Assembly: GCA_963722385.1 (NCBI GenBank)
Contig: CAVRKK010000002.1
Span: forward strand, 96,001-160,000
Source of the DNA: an uncultured bacterium
GTDB lineage: Bacteria; Babelota; Babeliae; Babelales; Babelaceae
Reading direction: 5' to 3'
DNA: 64,000 nt
Shown here piece after piece: positions 30,269 through 43,062 of the stretch (the stretch's first letter is position 1; every line of letters starts with the position of its first letter). Made by a program: the position numbers and the translations under genes. The notes beneath the pieces are model-generated. The model was not told the origin of the DNA. It made no database searches and was given only the letters and a program-made list of their open reading frames with translations.

Positions 30269-30675
30269 CCGACTTCGCCAAGACCACGACGGGAACGCTT
30301 ACGCAGCGGGCGGCATGGTCGCGGCGGCCCTGCACCCATTGATTTTATTTCTTGCTGTATATGCTCATTTTTGTAACTTGTGTGAATGCTCTAACCATGC
30401 GCGACGCATGCTTAGAGCTACCGCAATCTTCCTCACGGAAGATATGATTTTATCATGGAGCTTAGCGACATGATAATGGCATTAGTTGTCGTACGCTTTT
30501 GCGGACGACAACTACTCACCAAGCTTATAAGCATATTGCATCGGGATTGTTAAGGGACGATGTCCCTTAACCGCCAGCCGCGCAGGCGATTCGATTCAAT
30601 TCAATTCGCTCTGCTACGTCAGTCCGCGCCCGACTTCGCCGCGGCTACGTCGGCCAAGCAGGCGATTCAATTCGC
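30269..30675 (-). repeat. Structured intergenic element, copy C (REP-like units at both ends)
   Basis: Colinear with copy A. One terminal repeat is lost by a deletion between short direct repeats. Confidence 0.9.
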
Positions 30676-30753
30676 CAAGTTGCCCAAATCCACACGCGAA
30701 GTTCCTACCACTTGGTTTTAAGCACATTTTGGTGTATAATTATAATTATATAA

Positions 30754-33201
<2,448 letters not shown>

Positions 33202-33207
33202 AACATT

Positions 33208-34212
33208 ATGTGCGCCCGCGATGCTCTCATTGATAATACCGTAATCGAACAGGTATACGAATTCATTGAGCAGAACGTGCTTATACGCCAGCGTGATACG
33301 CTCGTGATTGGACTATCAGGGGGGCCTGACTCAGTATTTTTACTCCACGCGCTTGTTGCGCTCAGGCCGTCCTACAACCTCACGCTGATCGCTGCGCACC
33401 TTGATCATGGCTGGCGCCCCGAATCGGCCCAAGATGCGCTTTTTTGCAAGGAGCTTGCGGAATCATTGGGCATTACCTACGTTGGCAAGCATGCACAAGC
33501 GTTGGCTTTGCCCCCATGGACGGGTTCTCGTGAAGAACTTGGCCGCACGTTGCGTAGAACTTTCTTAGAAAACGTGGCGCATGAATACTCGGCGCAGGCC
33601 ATTGTGCTCGGCCATCACAAGGACGATCAAATCGAGACATTCTTTGTACGCCTCATGCGCGGAGCGGGACTTGCAGGGCTTTCTGGCATGCGGCCACGAT
33701 CAGGGCTTTATATTCGGCCACTGCTTGGGGTTTTCAAGGAGCAGATTCTCGAGTACTTGCACGAGAAAGGATTTGCGTATCGGCAGGACTACACTAATGA
33801 GAGCCCTTTATACTTGCGCAACCGACTCCGTAACCTGGTGATACCAGAGCTTAAAAAGAGCGATCCACGCTTTGCCAATAACTGTATCAGAAGCATTGGT
33901 CATCTCCAAGAAGCTGCTGACTTTCTTGAGCAGCTAACGGAAACGACATTTGACACGGTGGCCTCCTACCAAGACGATCGCTATGTCATCGATTTAAAGA
34001 GCTTTCGCCTGCTTGATCCCTTTATGCAAAAACAGATACTACTTGCCTGGCTTTGCCGCGAGAAATTACCCTTCACCCCCACGAGCGCATTCTTTGACGA
34101 AGCCCTACGCTTTTTAAATACCCAGCGCGGCGGCTCACATACGCTTCACCCTACCTGGCACCTGATAAAGCAAGGGAATCTGGCATTCGTCCAAAAAATT
34201 GGCGAATTTTAA
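33208..34212 (+). CDS. tilS: tRNA(Ile)-lysidine synthetase
   Basis: SGGPDS PP-loop, HHKDDQIET, IRPLL and YLRNRLR. Confidence 0.95.
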   Translation: MCARDALIDNTVIEQVYEFIEQNVLIRQRDTLVIGLSGGPDSVFLLHALVALRPSYNLTLIAAHLDHGWRPESAQDALFCKELAESLGITYVGKHAQALALPPWTGSREELGRTLRRTFLENVAHEYSAQAIVLGHHKDDQIETFFVRLMRGAGLAGLSGMRPRSGLYIRPLLGVFKEQILEYLHEKGFAYRQDYTNESPLYLRNRLRNLVIPELKKSDPRFANNCIRSIGHLQEAADFLEQLTETTFDTVASYQDDRYVIDLKSFRLLDPFMQKQILLAWLCREKLPFTPTSAFFDEALRFLNTQRGGSHTLHPTWHLIKQGNLAFVQKIGEF

Positions 34213-35456
34213 ACAAGGTTTAGCTGTCCAGCTGTTCCAAACCGCCTAAGGTAGCTAAGTGCTTGCTGTTCAGCAGCTCCGATTCGCTCGATCGCTCCAC
34301 GCGTTACGGATCCGCTGGTCTTTAATTTTGTCGCAATTTCATTCCTGAAAGCTTCTGCCTGCTTCGGCGTTAGGTAGTCTCTTTCCTCATCGCTCATACC
34401 CGTACCAACCAAGGCAAGCATTTGCTGCAGAGCATATGCCTGAACATCTTCCATAGTTGGATTTTTTTCCATAACAAGGCCGAGCTCACCAAATGCTGCT
34501 GCATAATTAGGCTTCAGGCGGAACCGTTCTACTGCTTTTAATAATGATATCAGCGCACTACGTGCAAGAGCACCGCCACTCCTCAAGGCTTTTTGAATCA
34601 CCTCGATAAATTTATCCAATGCTCCCTGGAGTGATTTACGCTCCTCTTCAGGCAAGGTATCAATTTGTTCCGTGGACAACCGCTGATTCAAAGCGTTAAC
34701 CGTAGTTTCAGTTTTTTGCACCGCATTAGTGTTCGATCCATCGAGGCTTTTTGACGAATCATTAAGCGTAGTTACAACAAACGCAGCAGGGACTGTTTGG
34801 GGTAATTGTTGGGACACCCATTGCACCTGGTCGGTTGTCATTTTCGCTTGCATTTCAGGCGTGAGCAAGAAATTTATTTGGTCATCAGCCAGCTTGTATA
34901 TGACATTTCTATCTAACAATGCATTTAATTGTTCGCTTGACAATTTTCCTATATCTTCTGCCGTTAACGATCTTAGTTCTTTTCTCGACAACTTCTTTAT
35001 TTCCTCGGGAGTCCGTTCGGCAACAGGCACGGTGGTGACCACAGGCTCGTTTGATCCTCCGCCGGTGATGACGGGAACACCGCCCGCGGCTTCTGCCGCG
35101 AATTTCTTCAGATATTCCTTAACTTTATCGGTCAACATAGCATCCTTTTGAGCTTCTGATAAGCCGCTTAGTATACCTGACGTCCACTGCCTCGCTACGT
35201 ATTGAGGATCCTTGTCTGCCAGTGCTGTTATCTCTTCAGGCGTTAAATCACGGAGTGGCTTGAACGCCGGCGGGGTCACGGGTGGAGTACCAGGTACAGA
35301 TATTGGTGGCGTCGGTTGTCCCGTAGGCTCACCTGGCGGCCCTTCGTGTTCCCCAGGTTGTTCTTCGGGTGGACGATACCCCACGTCCATGGCGCTCAGA
35401 AACGAAGCGGTTAAAAGAGCGCTTAATATTACCATTTTTCGATTGTTCAAGCTCAT
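34209..35456 (-). CDS. Secreted protein with Pro-rich N-terminus and short L(T/S)xE(E/Q)I repeats
   Basis: Signal peptide ending LSAMD; P/G/T-rich tract; repeats LTPEEI, TPEEIKKL, LTAEDI, LSSEQL. Confidence 0.8.
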   Translation of the reverse strand: MSLNNRKMVILSALLTASFLSAMDVGYRPPEEQPGEHEGPPGEPTGQPTPPISVPGTPPVTPPAFKPLRDLTPEEITALADKDPQYVARQWTSGILSGLSEAQKDAMLTDKVKEYLKKFAAEAAGGVPVITGGGSNEPVVTTVPVAERTPEEIKKLSRKELRSLTAEDIGKLSSEQLNALLDRNVIYKLADDQINFLLTPEMQAKMTTDQVQWVSQQLPQTVPAAFVVTTLNDSSKSLDGSNTNAVQKTETTVNALNQRLSTEQIDTLPEEERKSLQGALDKFIEVIQKALRSGGALARSALISLLKAVERFRLKPNYAAAFGELGLVMEKNPTMEDVQAYALQQMLALVGTGMSDEERDYLTPKQAEAFRNEIATKLKTSGSVTRGAIERIGAAEQQALSYLRRFGTAGQLNLV

Positions 35457-35638
35457 GACACTTCCTTTTTGAAAATATTTTAATATAGTTTTTTATTTTA
35501 AAATAACAAATTATATTTACCAAAATCAATATTATTATTACATATAGCTTGATATTACAAAAATGGTCTTTGAGCTTTGCAGCGATGAGATCAAAAAAAA
35601 ATGAGCAGAGATTAAGAGCAGAACAAACAAAGACGGCA

Positions 35639-35672
35639 AAAGAGAGGCCGCTTATAACAGCGGCCTCTCTTT
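35639..35672. terminator. Intrinsic terminator of the 35691-36851 gene
   Basis: aaagagaggccgc...gcggcctctcttt hairpin just after the stop codon. Confidence 0.75.
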
Positions 35673-35690
35673 AAATAATCAACGTGCTAA

Positions 35691-36851
35691 TTAGAAACTA
35701 ACTGCAGCCGTCACCCATGCCAAGGCACCTTGGAATGCGTTCGATTTCGCTTCGCGGTGTGTTCTATTGAAATCATAGCCAACACCAACGCCGAGAGTTG
35801 CAGGATTGTCGCAAATAGTCGTGTTGTAAGAAGCAGCCACGTAAGGAGTTGCACCAAACTTAACTGTTTCTGGGGTCTTCAACTGTTCGCTCTTGATGCC
35901 AAACTTGTTGTCTGCATCTGCTGGCACCATAATCTCTGCGGAATTTCCCTCTTTATCTTCACCATGGAAGCCAACTTGCTTGCCAAAAGTGGCGGTAAAG
36001 GCGCTACCAAGCTCAACATTCCATGCATCATAAGCATAGTGCAGGGCTGTCCAGCCGTTAACGGTATGACCAGGGGTAAGTCTAATTTCAGCGCTTCCAG
36101 CTTTTCCGTCCTTTTCATCAGCTTTGCCACTCACGCTAAAGTAGCTGGTTGGGAAAGCATAGTGATACTGAGCATCAAACATCCATGCAAGGTGATGATC
36201 ATCACAAGCATAAACGGTGAAGCCACTATTAATACCACCACCAACACGATAGTGCTTGGTACCGAATTCTGGATTTTCAACAGCTAAGAAAGGTACTTGC
36301 TTAATTTCTGACTTCTTGTCCTTATCTTCCTCAACATGGGAACGTAAATTCCTTTTGGTTGGAAAGCCTGCCATAGCATAGATGCCAACATGGTCATCGC
36401 TATTAAAGAAGAAATCATAACCGGCCTTGACAATTATGTCATCAATGCCAAATTCTGATCTATCTTTTCTCTCTTTGTCGACCAGAGTTGCTTCGTCGCC
36501 ACGGTTTTCTTTTATATAACCAAAGATGGTATTAGCACGAACCCATAGATCGCCAAAGTTAACTTGTCCTTGAAGAAAAGAACCAACGGCATTAACGGAG
36601 CGCTTATCCTTATCTTCAGCGCCTATCGTTTGCCAATGCTTATAAAATGGATTGATGTAGAAATCAACCATTTTGATATCGCATGCTTTAGGATAATAAT
36701 GGTGATAATCACTCAATGCATGTTCAAGAACCAGGTTCCCCGGCTCTAACAGCACATCTTGCTCAGGGGCAAGCGAAATAGTTCCTCCCTGCGGATAAAC
36801 CACGGGGGCGCTTAATAAAAGTATAAGCGCAAGACGAGATAAAAATTTCAT
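35691..36851 (-). CDS. Putative outer-membrane beta-barrel protein
   Basis: AGGAG RBS, signal peptide, alternating aromatic/Gly strands, C-terminal Phe (WVTAAVSF). Confidence 0.7.
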   Translation of the reverse strand: MKFLSRLALILLLSAPVVYPQGGTISLAPEQDVLLEPGNLVLEHALSDYHHYYPKACDIKMVDFYINPFYKHWQTIGAEDKDKRSVNAVGSFLQGQVNFGDLWVRANTIFGYIKENRGDEATLVDKERKDRSEFGIDDIIVKAGYDFFFNSDDHVGIYAMAGFPTKRNLRSHVEEDKDKKSEIKQVPFLAVENPEFGTKHYRVGGGINSGFTVYACDDHHLAWMFDAQYHYAFPTSYFSVSGKADEKDGKAGSAEIRLTPGHTVNGWTALHYAYDAWNVELGSAFTATFGKQVGFHGEDKEGNSAEIMVPADADNKFGIKSEQLKTPETVKFGATPYVAASYNTTICDNPATLGVGVGYDFNRTHREAKSNAFQGALAWVTAAVSF

Positions 36852-37083
36852 AAAAAAACTCCTTGTGGGTAATTGAGCAGAAAATGTATCTACTTAAATT
36901 TTTTACCACAAAAATGCTGAAAGTAAAGCTATTTTGCACAAAATAGCAATATTCTCTATATTTAAACACTCTTTGTTATTTTTAAGATTTTAATTTATTA
37001 TTTTTATGTATAAGATTGAAAAATCAAAACTATATTAATCTCTGAGGATGATGCTATGCTTAATTTAAAAGATGAGGCGTTCG

Positions 37084-37551
37084 ATGATTGACCGTGATAT
37101 TATGTACATGCGGCAAGCGCTCGCCTTGGCGCAACGTGCTGCCACGGCTGGCGAGGTGCCTATTGGTGCTGTTGTCGTATCCGCGCATGGCGAAATCCTT
37201 GGCGCCGGCTATAACCTGGTCGAGCGCTATCAGTGTCAGCGGCATCACGCAGAAATACGCGCCATTGACAAAGCATGCAAAAAAATAAATAATTGGCGAT
37301 TAATAGGATGTACGCTTTACGTAACACTTGAACCATGCATGATGTGCGTAAGCCTCTGCGCGCTCAGCCGGTGCGAGCGGATCGTATATGGTGCCGATTC
37401 ACCGCTTTTTGGCTATCGTCTTGACAAGGAAGGCGTACTTGCTTTATATACTAAGCAGATCAAAAATATCACTGCCCATGTTTTAGCAGATGAAGCAGCT
37501 GCAATACTAAAAAAATTTTTTTCAGATAAAAGGGAGAGCTGTGATGAATGA
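37084..37551 (+). CDS. tadA: tRNA adenosine deaminase
   Basis: GEVPIGAV, HAE and TLEPCMMC. Confidence 0.92.
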   Translation: MIDRDIMYMRQALALAQRAATAGEVPIGAVVVSAHGEILGAGYNLVERYQCQRHHAEIRAIDKACKKINNWRLIGCTLYVTLEPCMMCVSLCALSRCERIVYGADSPLFGYRLDKEGVLALYTKQIKNITAHVLADEAAAILKKFFSDKRESCDE

Positions 37552-37888
37552 GAGCGCAATAGCAACAATAAAAAAAAAGTTGCTCACTCGCAAAAAAGAG
37601 CTAGAAGGCGAATTGACGCGGCTATCTCGCGAACATATACCGGACAGGCAATCGCCTGACCCCTCAGACCAAGCATCAGCCTCAACCCTTGAGGACCTCA
37701 ATATTTCGTTGCAAAATACTGAGCATGGGGAGTACCGCATGATTATCCGTGCTCTCGAAATGATCGATGAGGGAGTCTATGGTATCTGTAGCGACTGCGG
37801 ACAAGCCATTTCAGAAAAGCGCCTCCAGTTATACCCTAACGTAACACGCTGCCTTGCCTGCCAGGAAGCCGCCGAAGAACGAGGATAG
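37544..37888 (+). CDS. dksA: TraR/DksA C4 zinc-finger protein
   Basis: DPSDQA and YGICSDCG..I...RL...P....CLACQ. Confidence 0.85.
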   Translation: MNESAIATIKKKLLTRKKELEGELTRLSREHIPDRQSPDPSDQASASTLEDLNISLQNTEHGEYRMIIRALEMIDEGVYGICSDCGQAISEKRLQLYPNVTRCLACQEAAEERG

Positions 37889-37935
37889 TCACTTTGAATA
37901 GGCTGGTAAATATGCTATACTAGATGGCAAGGTCT

Positions 37936-38010
<75 letters not shown>

Positions 38011-38044
38011 GTAGTTGTTTAGTATATTTACAATAAGGTTAGTT

Positions 38045-38488
38045 ATGGAATCAGCAAAGGCTCAAAGCAAGCAAAAAGCCGCTGCAAAGGCTAAAAAAGC
38101 TCCTCTCGCTCATGGCGTAGGCAGGCGTAAATCAGCGGTTGCACGCGTATGGCTGCGTCGTGGAGCAGGCAAGGTGCTTGTTAATGGAAAAGAATATTCT
38201 ACCTATTTTGATACAGATATCATGCGTGCGGCGGTAATAACGCCATTTAACGTAGTACCTAAAGCAGCTACCTATTATGACGCCGACGTTAACGTCCAGG
38301 GTGGTGGGCTCTGCGCCCAGGCCGATGCAGTTAAGCTCGGTTTGTCGCGAGCACTGTTTGCTGCCAATGAAGAACTCAAGCCATTATTGAGACAAAATGG
38401 TCTTTTAACGGTTGATGCGCGCGTAAAAGAACGCAAAAAGTACGGGCGCCGTGCAGCACGCCGCCGCTTCCAATTTGTAAAGCGCTAA
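38045..38488 (+). CDS. rpsI: 30S ribosomal protein S9
   Basis: GRRKSAVARV, GGG...QA.A and ERKKYG...ARRRFQFVKR. Confidence 0.98.
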   Translation: MESAKAQSKQKAAAKAKKAPLAHGVGRRKSAVARVWLRRGAGKVLVNGKEYSTYFDTDIMRAAVITPFNVVPKAATYYDADVNVQGGGLCAQADAVKLGLSRALFAANEELKPLLRQNGLLTVDARVKERKKYGRRAARRRFQFVKR

Positions 38489-38509
38489 TTACTCGCAAGC
38501 CACAGCCCG

Positions 38510-40339
38510 ATGGGTATTGTCGCTTATATTGGCGCTGGTTCAAGCCGATCCCATGTTCTCGAGGGGCTATCGCTCCTTGACCACCGAGGCTATGATGTCG
38601 CGGGCTTTGGTTGTCTCGTTGACCACAACATTGTGACATATAAAGCCGAGGGCGTTGACCGCCTTATTCAACAGCTCGATCAGTTTTCTATTGATGGCTC
38701 TCTGGGCATAGGCCATATGAGGTGGTCGACGCATGGGCTTGCCGCCGACCTTACCAACGCGCACCCCCATAGCGATTGCACACAAAGTATTTCTCTTGCG
38801 CACATCGGTATTATCGAAAATCACTATGATCTGCGTATAATGCTCAAGCAGGCGGGTCATGTCTTTTTGTCGCAGACTGATACTGAAGTTATTGTGCATC
38901 TTTTTGAATCGCTTCTTTTAGCCCATGGCATCGCACGAACCGCACTTACAGAGCTCGTTACTTATTTGGAAGGAGCGTATGCCTGCGCCTTTATCGTGCA
39001 AGGGATGCCCGATACGCTCTTACTTGTGCGCAAGCGTTCGCCGCTCTGTATCGGGCTGGGCGATAACGAAATGTTCATCGCTTCGGATCCGCTCGCATTT
39101 GCAGGCAAGACAAAAAAAGTACTTTTTATGCCTGATGAATGCTTTGCACTCGTTAAGAAAGACGGCATAGAGCTTTATAATTTTGCTAGTCAGCCGGTAC
39201 CCATTGAGACTGAAGAGCACTTTTCTCAAGTTTCTTATGTGGGCAAGAATAACTATGAGCACTTTTTGCTTAAAGAAATTTACGACCAAAAAAAGGTGAT
39301 CTACGATACCGTGAGCTTTGATCGCCAACAAACGATGCGCGTATGGGATCAGATGGGCCTTTCGGGTGAAACCGTAAGCATGCTCAACTCGATCACCTTA
39401 ATAGGTTGCGGGACTTCATGGCATGCGGCCCGGGTTGCGCAATTTTTTTTTGAAGCTATTGCTCACCTACCAACGAAAGCATACTTGGCATCAGAATTTT
39501 GTTACAGGCCCTTATTTTCTCGTGAAAATAGCATCTGCATTGGGATTTCACAATCAGGCCAAACAGCTGATACATTGCAGGCTTTACGGATCGCGCAAGC
39601 AGCAGAAATACCAACGATTGGACTTACCAACGATGCAGCGAGCACAATCGTTCGTGAAGCAACAGGTTTTTTGCTTACTCACGCGAGTCCTGAAATAGCG
39701 GTCGCCTCTACCAAAACATTTACCGCCCAATTAGCAACGCTCTTTTTGCTTGCCCACCATATTGCTCTTGCCAAAGAGCTCATCACAGCCCGCCAGCTTG
39801 AGATAGCCCATGAAGAACTATTAATCGTTGCCGAGGTGCTTGAGAATGCGCTTGAGAACTATAAGCGATCCATAATCGTTGATGCGCCATTTTATGCGAC
39901 TTTCAATCACTTTATCTTTTTAGGCCGCCATATTAGTTACCCGTTTGCGCTTGAGGCAGCCCTTAAGCTCAAAGAAATAGCCTACCTCTTTGTTGACTGC
40001 CCGCCGGCAGGCGAACTTAAGCACGGGCCTTTGGCGCTTGTTGATAATACAACGCCGGTATTTATCTTCTCCTGCCTTGATAGCGCGGTGTACCGCAAGC
40101 TCTTGGCAAATGCTCAAGAGGTTAAAGCACGGCAGGGCCATATTGTTGCTTTTGCCTTTAAAGGACAAGATGAGCTGATCGCTCTTGCTGATAAAGTTTT
40201 TATACTGCCCCCGGTTAATCCCCTCTTAGCGCCTCTTGCCATGGTCGCACTTATGCAATTTTTTATCTATCAGATCGGCCTTTCCCTAGGCCGCCCTATC
40301 GATAAGCCACGCAACTTGACCAAAATGCTCGAAGTTTAA
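38510..40339 (+). CDS. glmS: GlmS homologue (glutamine--fructose-6-phosphate aminotransferase) with degenerate glutaminase site
   Basis: RGYD.AG, RW.THG, SQTDTEV, SQSG.TADT, VASTK, ELKHGP and DKPRNL. The N-terminal Cys is absent. Confidence 0.88.
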   Translation: MGIVAYIGAGSSRSHVLEGLSLLDHRGYDVAGFGCLVDHNIVTYKAEGVDRLIQQLDQFSIDGSLGIGHMRWSTHGLAADLTNAHPHSDCTQSISLAHIGIIENHYDLRIMLKQAGHVFLSQTDTEVIVHLFESLLLAHGIARTALTELVTYLEGAYACAFIVQGMPDTLLLVRKRSPLCIGLGDNEMFIASDPLAFAGKTKKVLFMPDECFALVKKDGIELYNFASQPVPIETEEHFSQVSYVGKNNYEHFLLKEIYDQKKVIYDTVSFDRQQTMRVWDQMGLSGETVSMLNSITLIGCGTSWHAARVAQFFFEAIAHLPTKAYLASEFCYRPLFSRENSICIGISQSGQTADTLQALRIAQAAEIPTIGLTNDAASTIVREATGFLLTHASPEIAVASTKTFTAQLATLFLLAHHIALAKELITARQLEIAHEELLIVAEVLENALENYKRSIIVDAPFYATFNHFIFLGRHISYPFALEAALKLKEIAYLFVDCPPAGELKHGPLALVDNTTPVFIFSCLDSAVYRKLLANAQEVKARQGHIVAFAFKGQDELIALADKVFILPPVNPLLAPLAMVALMQFFIYQIGLSLGRPIDKPRNLTKMLEV

Positions 40340-40416
40340 GCTTCGCAGATCCCGTATGCAAGCCTCATTGCGCAGCTAAGGCGCCACCTTATTTCTAAAC
40401 ATTTTTTGCGAAACCG

Positions 40417-40529
40417 TGATTTTTATACATTTTTTTCCACATTTAACCTTGAATTTTAAACAAAAAGGCCTCTATTAATGTTTGATTTTTCTGCATAATT
40501 CTTCTATAATAAGCCTGATTTTTATACAT
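40417..40529 (+). promoter_or_regulatory. Four 14-bp direct repeats at 33-bp period overlapping a sigma70 promoter
   Basis: tgatttttatacat 40417, tgaattttaaacaa 40450, tgatttttctgcat 40483, tgatttttatacat 40516. TTGATT (40482) is 17 bp from TATAAT (40505). Confidence 0.75.
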
Positions 40530-40543
40530 GTGCAGGGGACAAC

Positions 40544-41907
40544 ATGAGAAGAATTATCGATTACTTTCTTTTGGAATGGAAAAAACGGAAGATAGGAAAC
40601 CTCTTTTACTCCGTGGGGCGCGTCAGGTAGGCAAGACATATGCAGCGCGAGTCCTCGGAAAAACATTCACTACATTGGTGGAAATTAACCTTGAATCGAA
40701 CGAGGGCGCGCGACAAATTATCGAAAAAGATCTCGATGTTCATAGAATCGTTCTACAACTTTCAGAACTTGTACAGAAAAAAATTGTACCCGGATCAACG
40801 CTCCTTTTTTTTGACGAAATTCAAAGTTGTCCGCAAGCTATTATTGCACTGCGCTACTTTTACGAGCACTTTCCAACCTTGCATATCATAGCTGCTGGGT
40901 CGTTACTCGAGTTTGCTATGGAACAGATTGGTATTCCTGTTGGACGAGTTTCTACACTGTATTTATATCCCGCGTCCTTCCTTGAGTTCCTCATAGCACT
41001 TGGCCATACAAACTGGGCAAGTACCATACTCCAGGCTCCTCCGGGATCATCCCTCAGTAGCCCTCTACATACGGCACTTCTTGATATGGCGGGGAGATAC
41101 TTGGCTATCGGTGGTATGCCTGAAGCTATTAACGAGTGGATTAAAGCGCAGTCATCACGTGATGTTAAAAGAGTTCATGCTGATCTCATTTACACCTACG
41201 AGCAGGACTTTGGCAAATATGCACGGCGCCACCAAATAAGATATTTGCATCTCATTTTTCTCAAAGCAGCTGAACAGCTCTCCCACAAATTTATGTTTTC
41301 GCGCGTTGGCGAATATCAAAAACGGGAACTTGCTCCTGCCTTAGAGTTACTCGAAAAAGCAGGACTTCTCTACAAAGTAATAAGGAGCGCAGGGCAAGGG
41401 ATACCTATCGGCGCTCAAGCTGACCTTAATTTCTTCAAAATTATTTTTTTAGATGTAGGCCTTTGCCAAGCGTTGTTAAAGCTTCCTATTGCACCCTGGT
41501 TTACCAATCCCTTAACCACCATGATCAACAAAGGTCAAATAGTAGAATCCTTCGTTGGCCAAGAATTGCTTGCCTACTCAGACCCGATGCATAAAGAATC
41601 TCTTTTCTATTGGCATAGAGAGCAGCGAGGTAGCAAAACAGAGGTCGATTATCTGATACAGCAAAAGGAACATGTTATTCCCATAGAAGTTAAGGCCGGC
41701 ATAAGCATGAGGAATAAGAGCATGCAGCTCTTTTTAGTATCACATCCATACTCGCCTTATGGGATACGTATTTGGGCCGGGCAAGCAGAACAAGAGGAAA
41801 AAGTATACTCATTCCCTCTTTACGCTATAGCCCATTTACTTATCGATGGCAATAATACTCTCCGAGATGCATTTCGGTTTCTGATAGCCGACCCTGACTC
41901 TGTTTGA
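40544..41907 (+). CDS. AAA_14/DUF4143-type ATPase with C-terminal PD-(D/E)xK-like motif; frameshift near the 5' end
   Basis: GARQVGKT, LLFFDEIQ, GGMPE and EVDY...IPIEVKAG. Natural start MRRIIDYFLLEWKK at 40544 (GGGG RBS) is out of frame at the A-run near 40580. Confidence 0.85.
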
Positions 41908-42104
41908 GCCACCAATTGATTCTATTACCTAGCCTATCGCTTTTCCAACTAAGACTGTAGACCGAAGCTCATAGCCTGCGGCATTACCTTGCATATATTT
42001 GATGCTTATCACAGTCAGCTATGGCAGAAAGGAGTTAATGCAAAAAGCTCGAGAAAACAGGTGCATACAACGGACAAGCTTTAACGTACCGCTGAGTTCC
42101 TCAT

Positions 42105-42166
42105 GCAAAAAGATGGCCATCTTTTTGCGTTTTTTTGTAAAAACATGACCATCTTTTTACAAAAAA
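42105..42166. promoter_or_regulatory. Tandem pair of related palindromes upstream of ftsB
   Basis: gcaaaaagatggccatctttttgc (perfect, 24 bp) and gtaaaaacatgaccatctttttac, 32 bp apart. Confidence 0.55.
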
Positions 42167-42227
42167 CAACATTAAATTGAAAATATCTTCACGATAATGG
42201 TATCTTTTAGGCCAAAGGAATTATCAA

Positions 42228-42569
42228 ATGGTTACCATAAAAAAACTAATTATGCCCCTGGCCTTATGTGCAGAGATCGGCCTTTTTGCATTTTTTTACT
42301 TTACCAGCCCACTTGGGTTCAAAGCCCTTACATCGCTTAAAAAAGACAATCGAGAATTACAAAATTCGCTCACGCTTATTGAAAGCAATATTGCTCAATT
42401 AAAAAATAAGATAAATGAATGGAAGAAGTACCCTTGGTACACGGAACAGGTAGCACGCCAAGAGCTCCAGATGGCATATCCAGGCGAAGAGATATTTTTG
42501 CTCGAGAGTAACACGCCAGCGCCAGCTACCGGGCCGCTGAGCGACCAAACAGCCCAATCTTCGCCTTAA
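42228..42569 (+). CDS. ftsB: Septum formation initiator FtsB/DivIC family
   Basis: One TM helix, a coiled coil, and the EQVARQELQM..PGE.IF motif. Confidence 0.85.
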   Translation: MVTIKKLIMPLALCAEIGLFAFFYFTSPLGFKALTSLKKDNRELQNSLTLIESNIAQLKNKINEWKKYPWYTEQVARQELQMAYPGEEIFLLESNTPAPATGPLSDQTAQSSP

Positions 42570-42774
42570 TTTTTAAATATTCGCCATTATTATTTGGTGG
42601 CTTGAGCGCAGTCTCGGGGGTTACCGGCTTGCCCGGCGGTTTCTCACGCGTATCAGAAAATGCCGTGGAAGAATCTAGAGGTTTTTGTACAAGGGGAACC
42701 TGTTGATAAAATGCGCTCCAGAGCATAAGGCAGGGTAAAAGAAGGGCGCTCTGACAAAAGGGGAATAGTGGCAT
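42526..42774 (-). CDS. Small hypothetical protein
   Basis: CAGGAG RBS; hydrophobic N-terminus followed by a Pro-rich tail. Confidence 0.4.
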   Translation of the reverse strand: MPLFPFCQSALLLPCLMLWSAFYQQVPLVQKPLDSSTAFSDTREKPPGKPVTPETALKPPNNNGEYLKIKAKIGLFGRSAAR

Positions 42775-42891
42775 GATTTGCTCCTGGTCGTTCGTTGATA
42801 TCAAGCATATTTTAGCATACCTGTTTGACATTCTTAGGCAAATTTATTGAGCAGGAAGACTTCCAAGCAAATTATCAAAAAAACCTACCGA

Positions 42892-42982
42892 TAAATCTCT
42901 ACGAAAAAAGCCCCGCTTGAGCCACCTATTGCCGTTGGGGAAGCAAAAATTCGCCTCGCCATCCCAGCTGTAAAGTCAGCTT
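42892..42982 (-). pseudogene. Orphan diverged copy of the 3' end of the ankyrin gene 44865-46541
   Basis: Aligns to 44858-44947. Reads ADFTAGMARRIFASPTAIGGSSG versus ADFTARMARRIFAPQTAIGGSSG. Confidence 0.9.
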
Positions 42983-43062
42983 GCCATTAATAGCTATTAT
43001 CAATCCATAAAAGAGCTTGGACTTCTTTGGCTGAACCGCCAATGCGTTCATAGCAAGGAGCC

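Noticed and set aside
40417..40529. Possible mini CRISPR array
   Set aside because: Repeats are only 14 bp and degenerate, spacers are 19 bp, and there are no cas genes. An operator array fits better.
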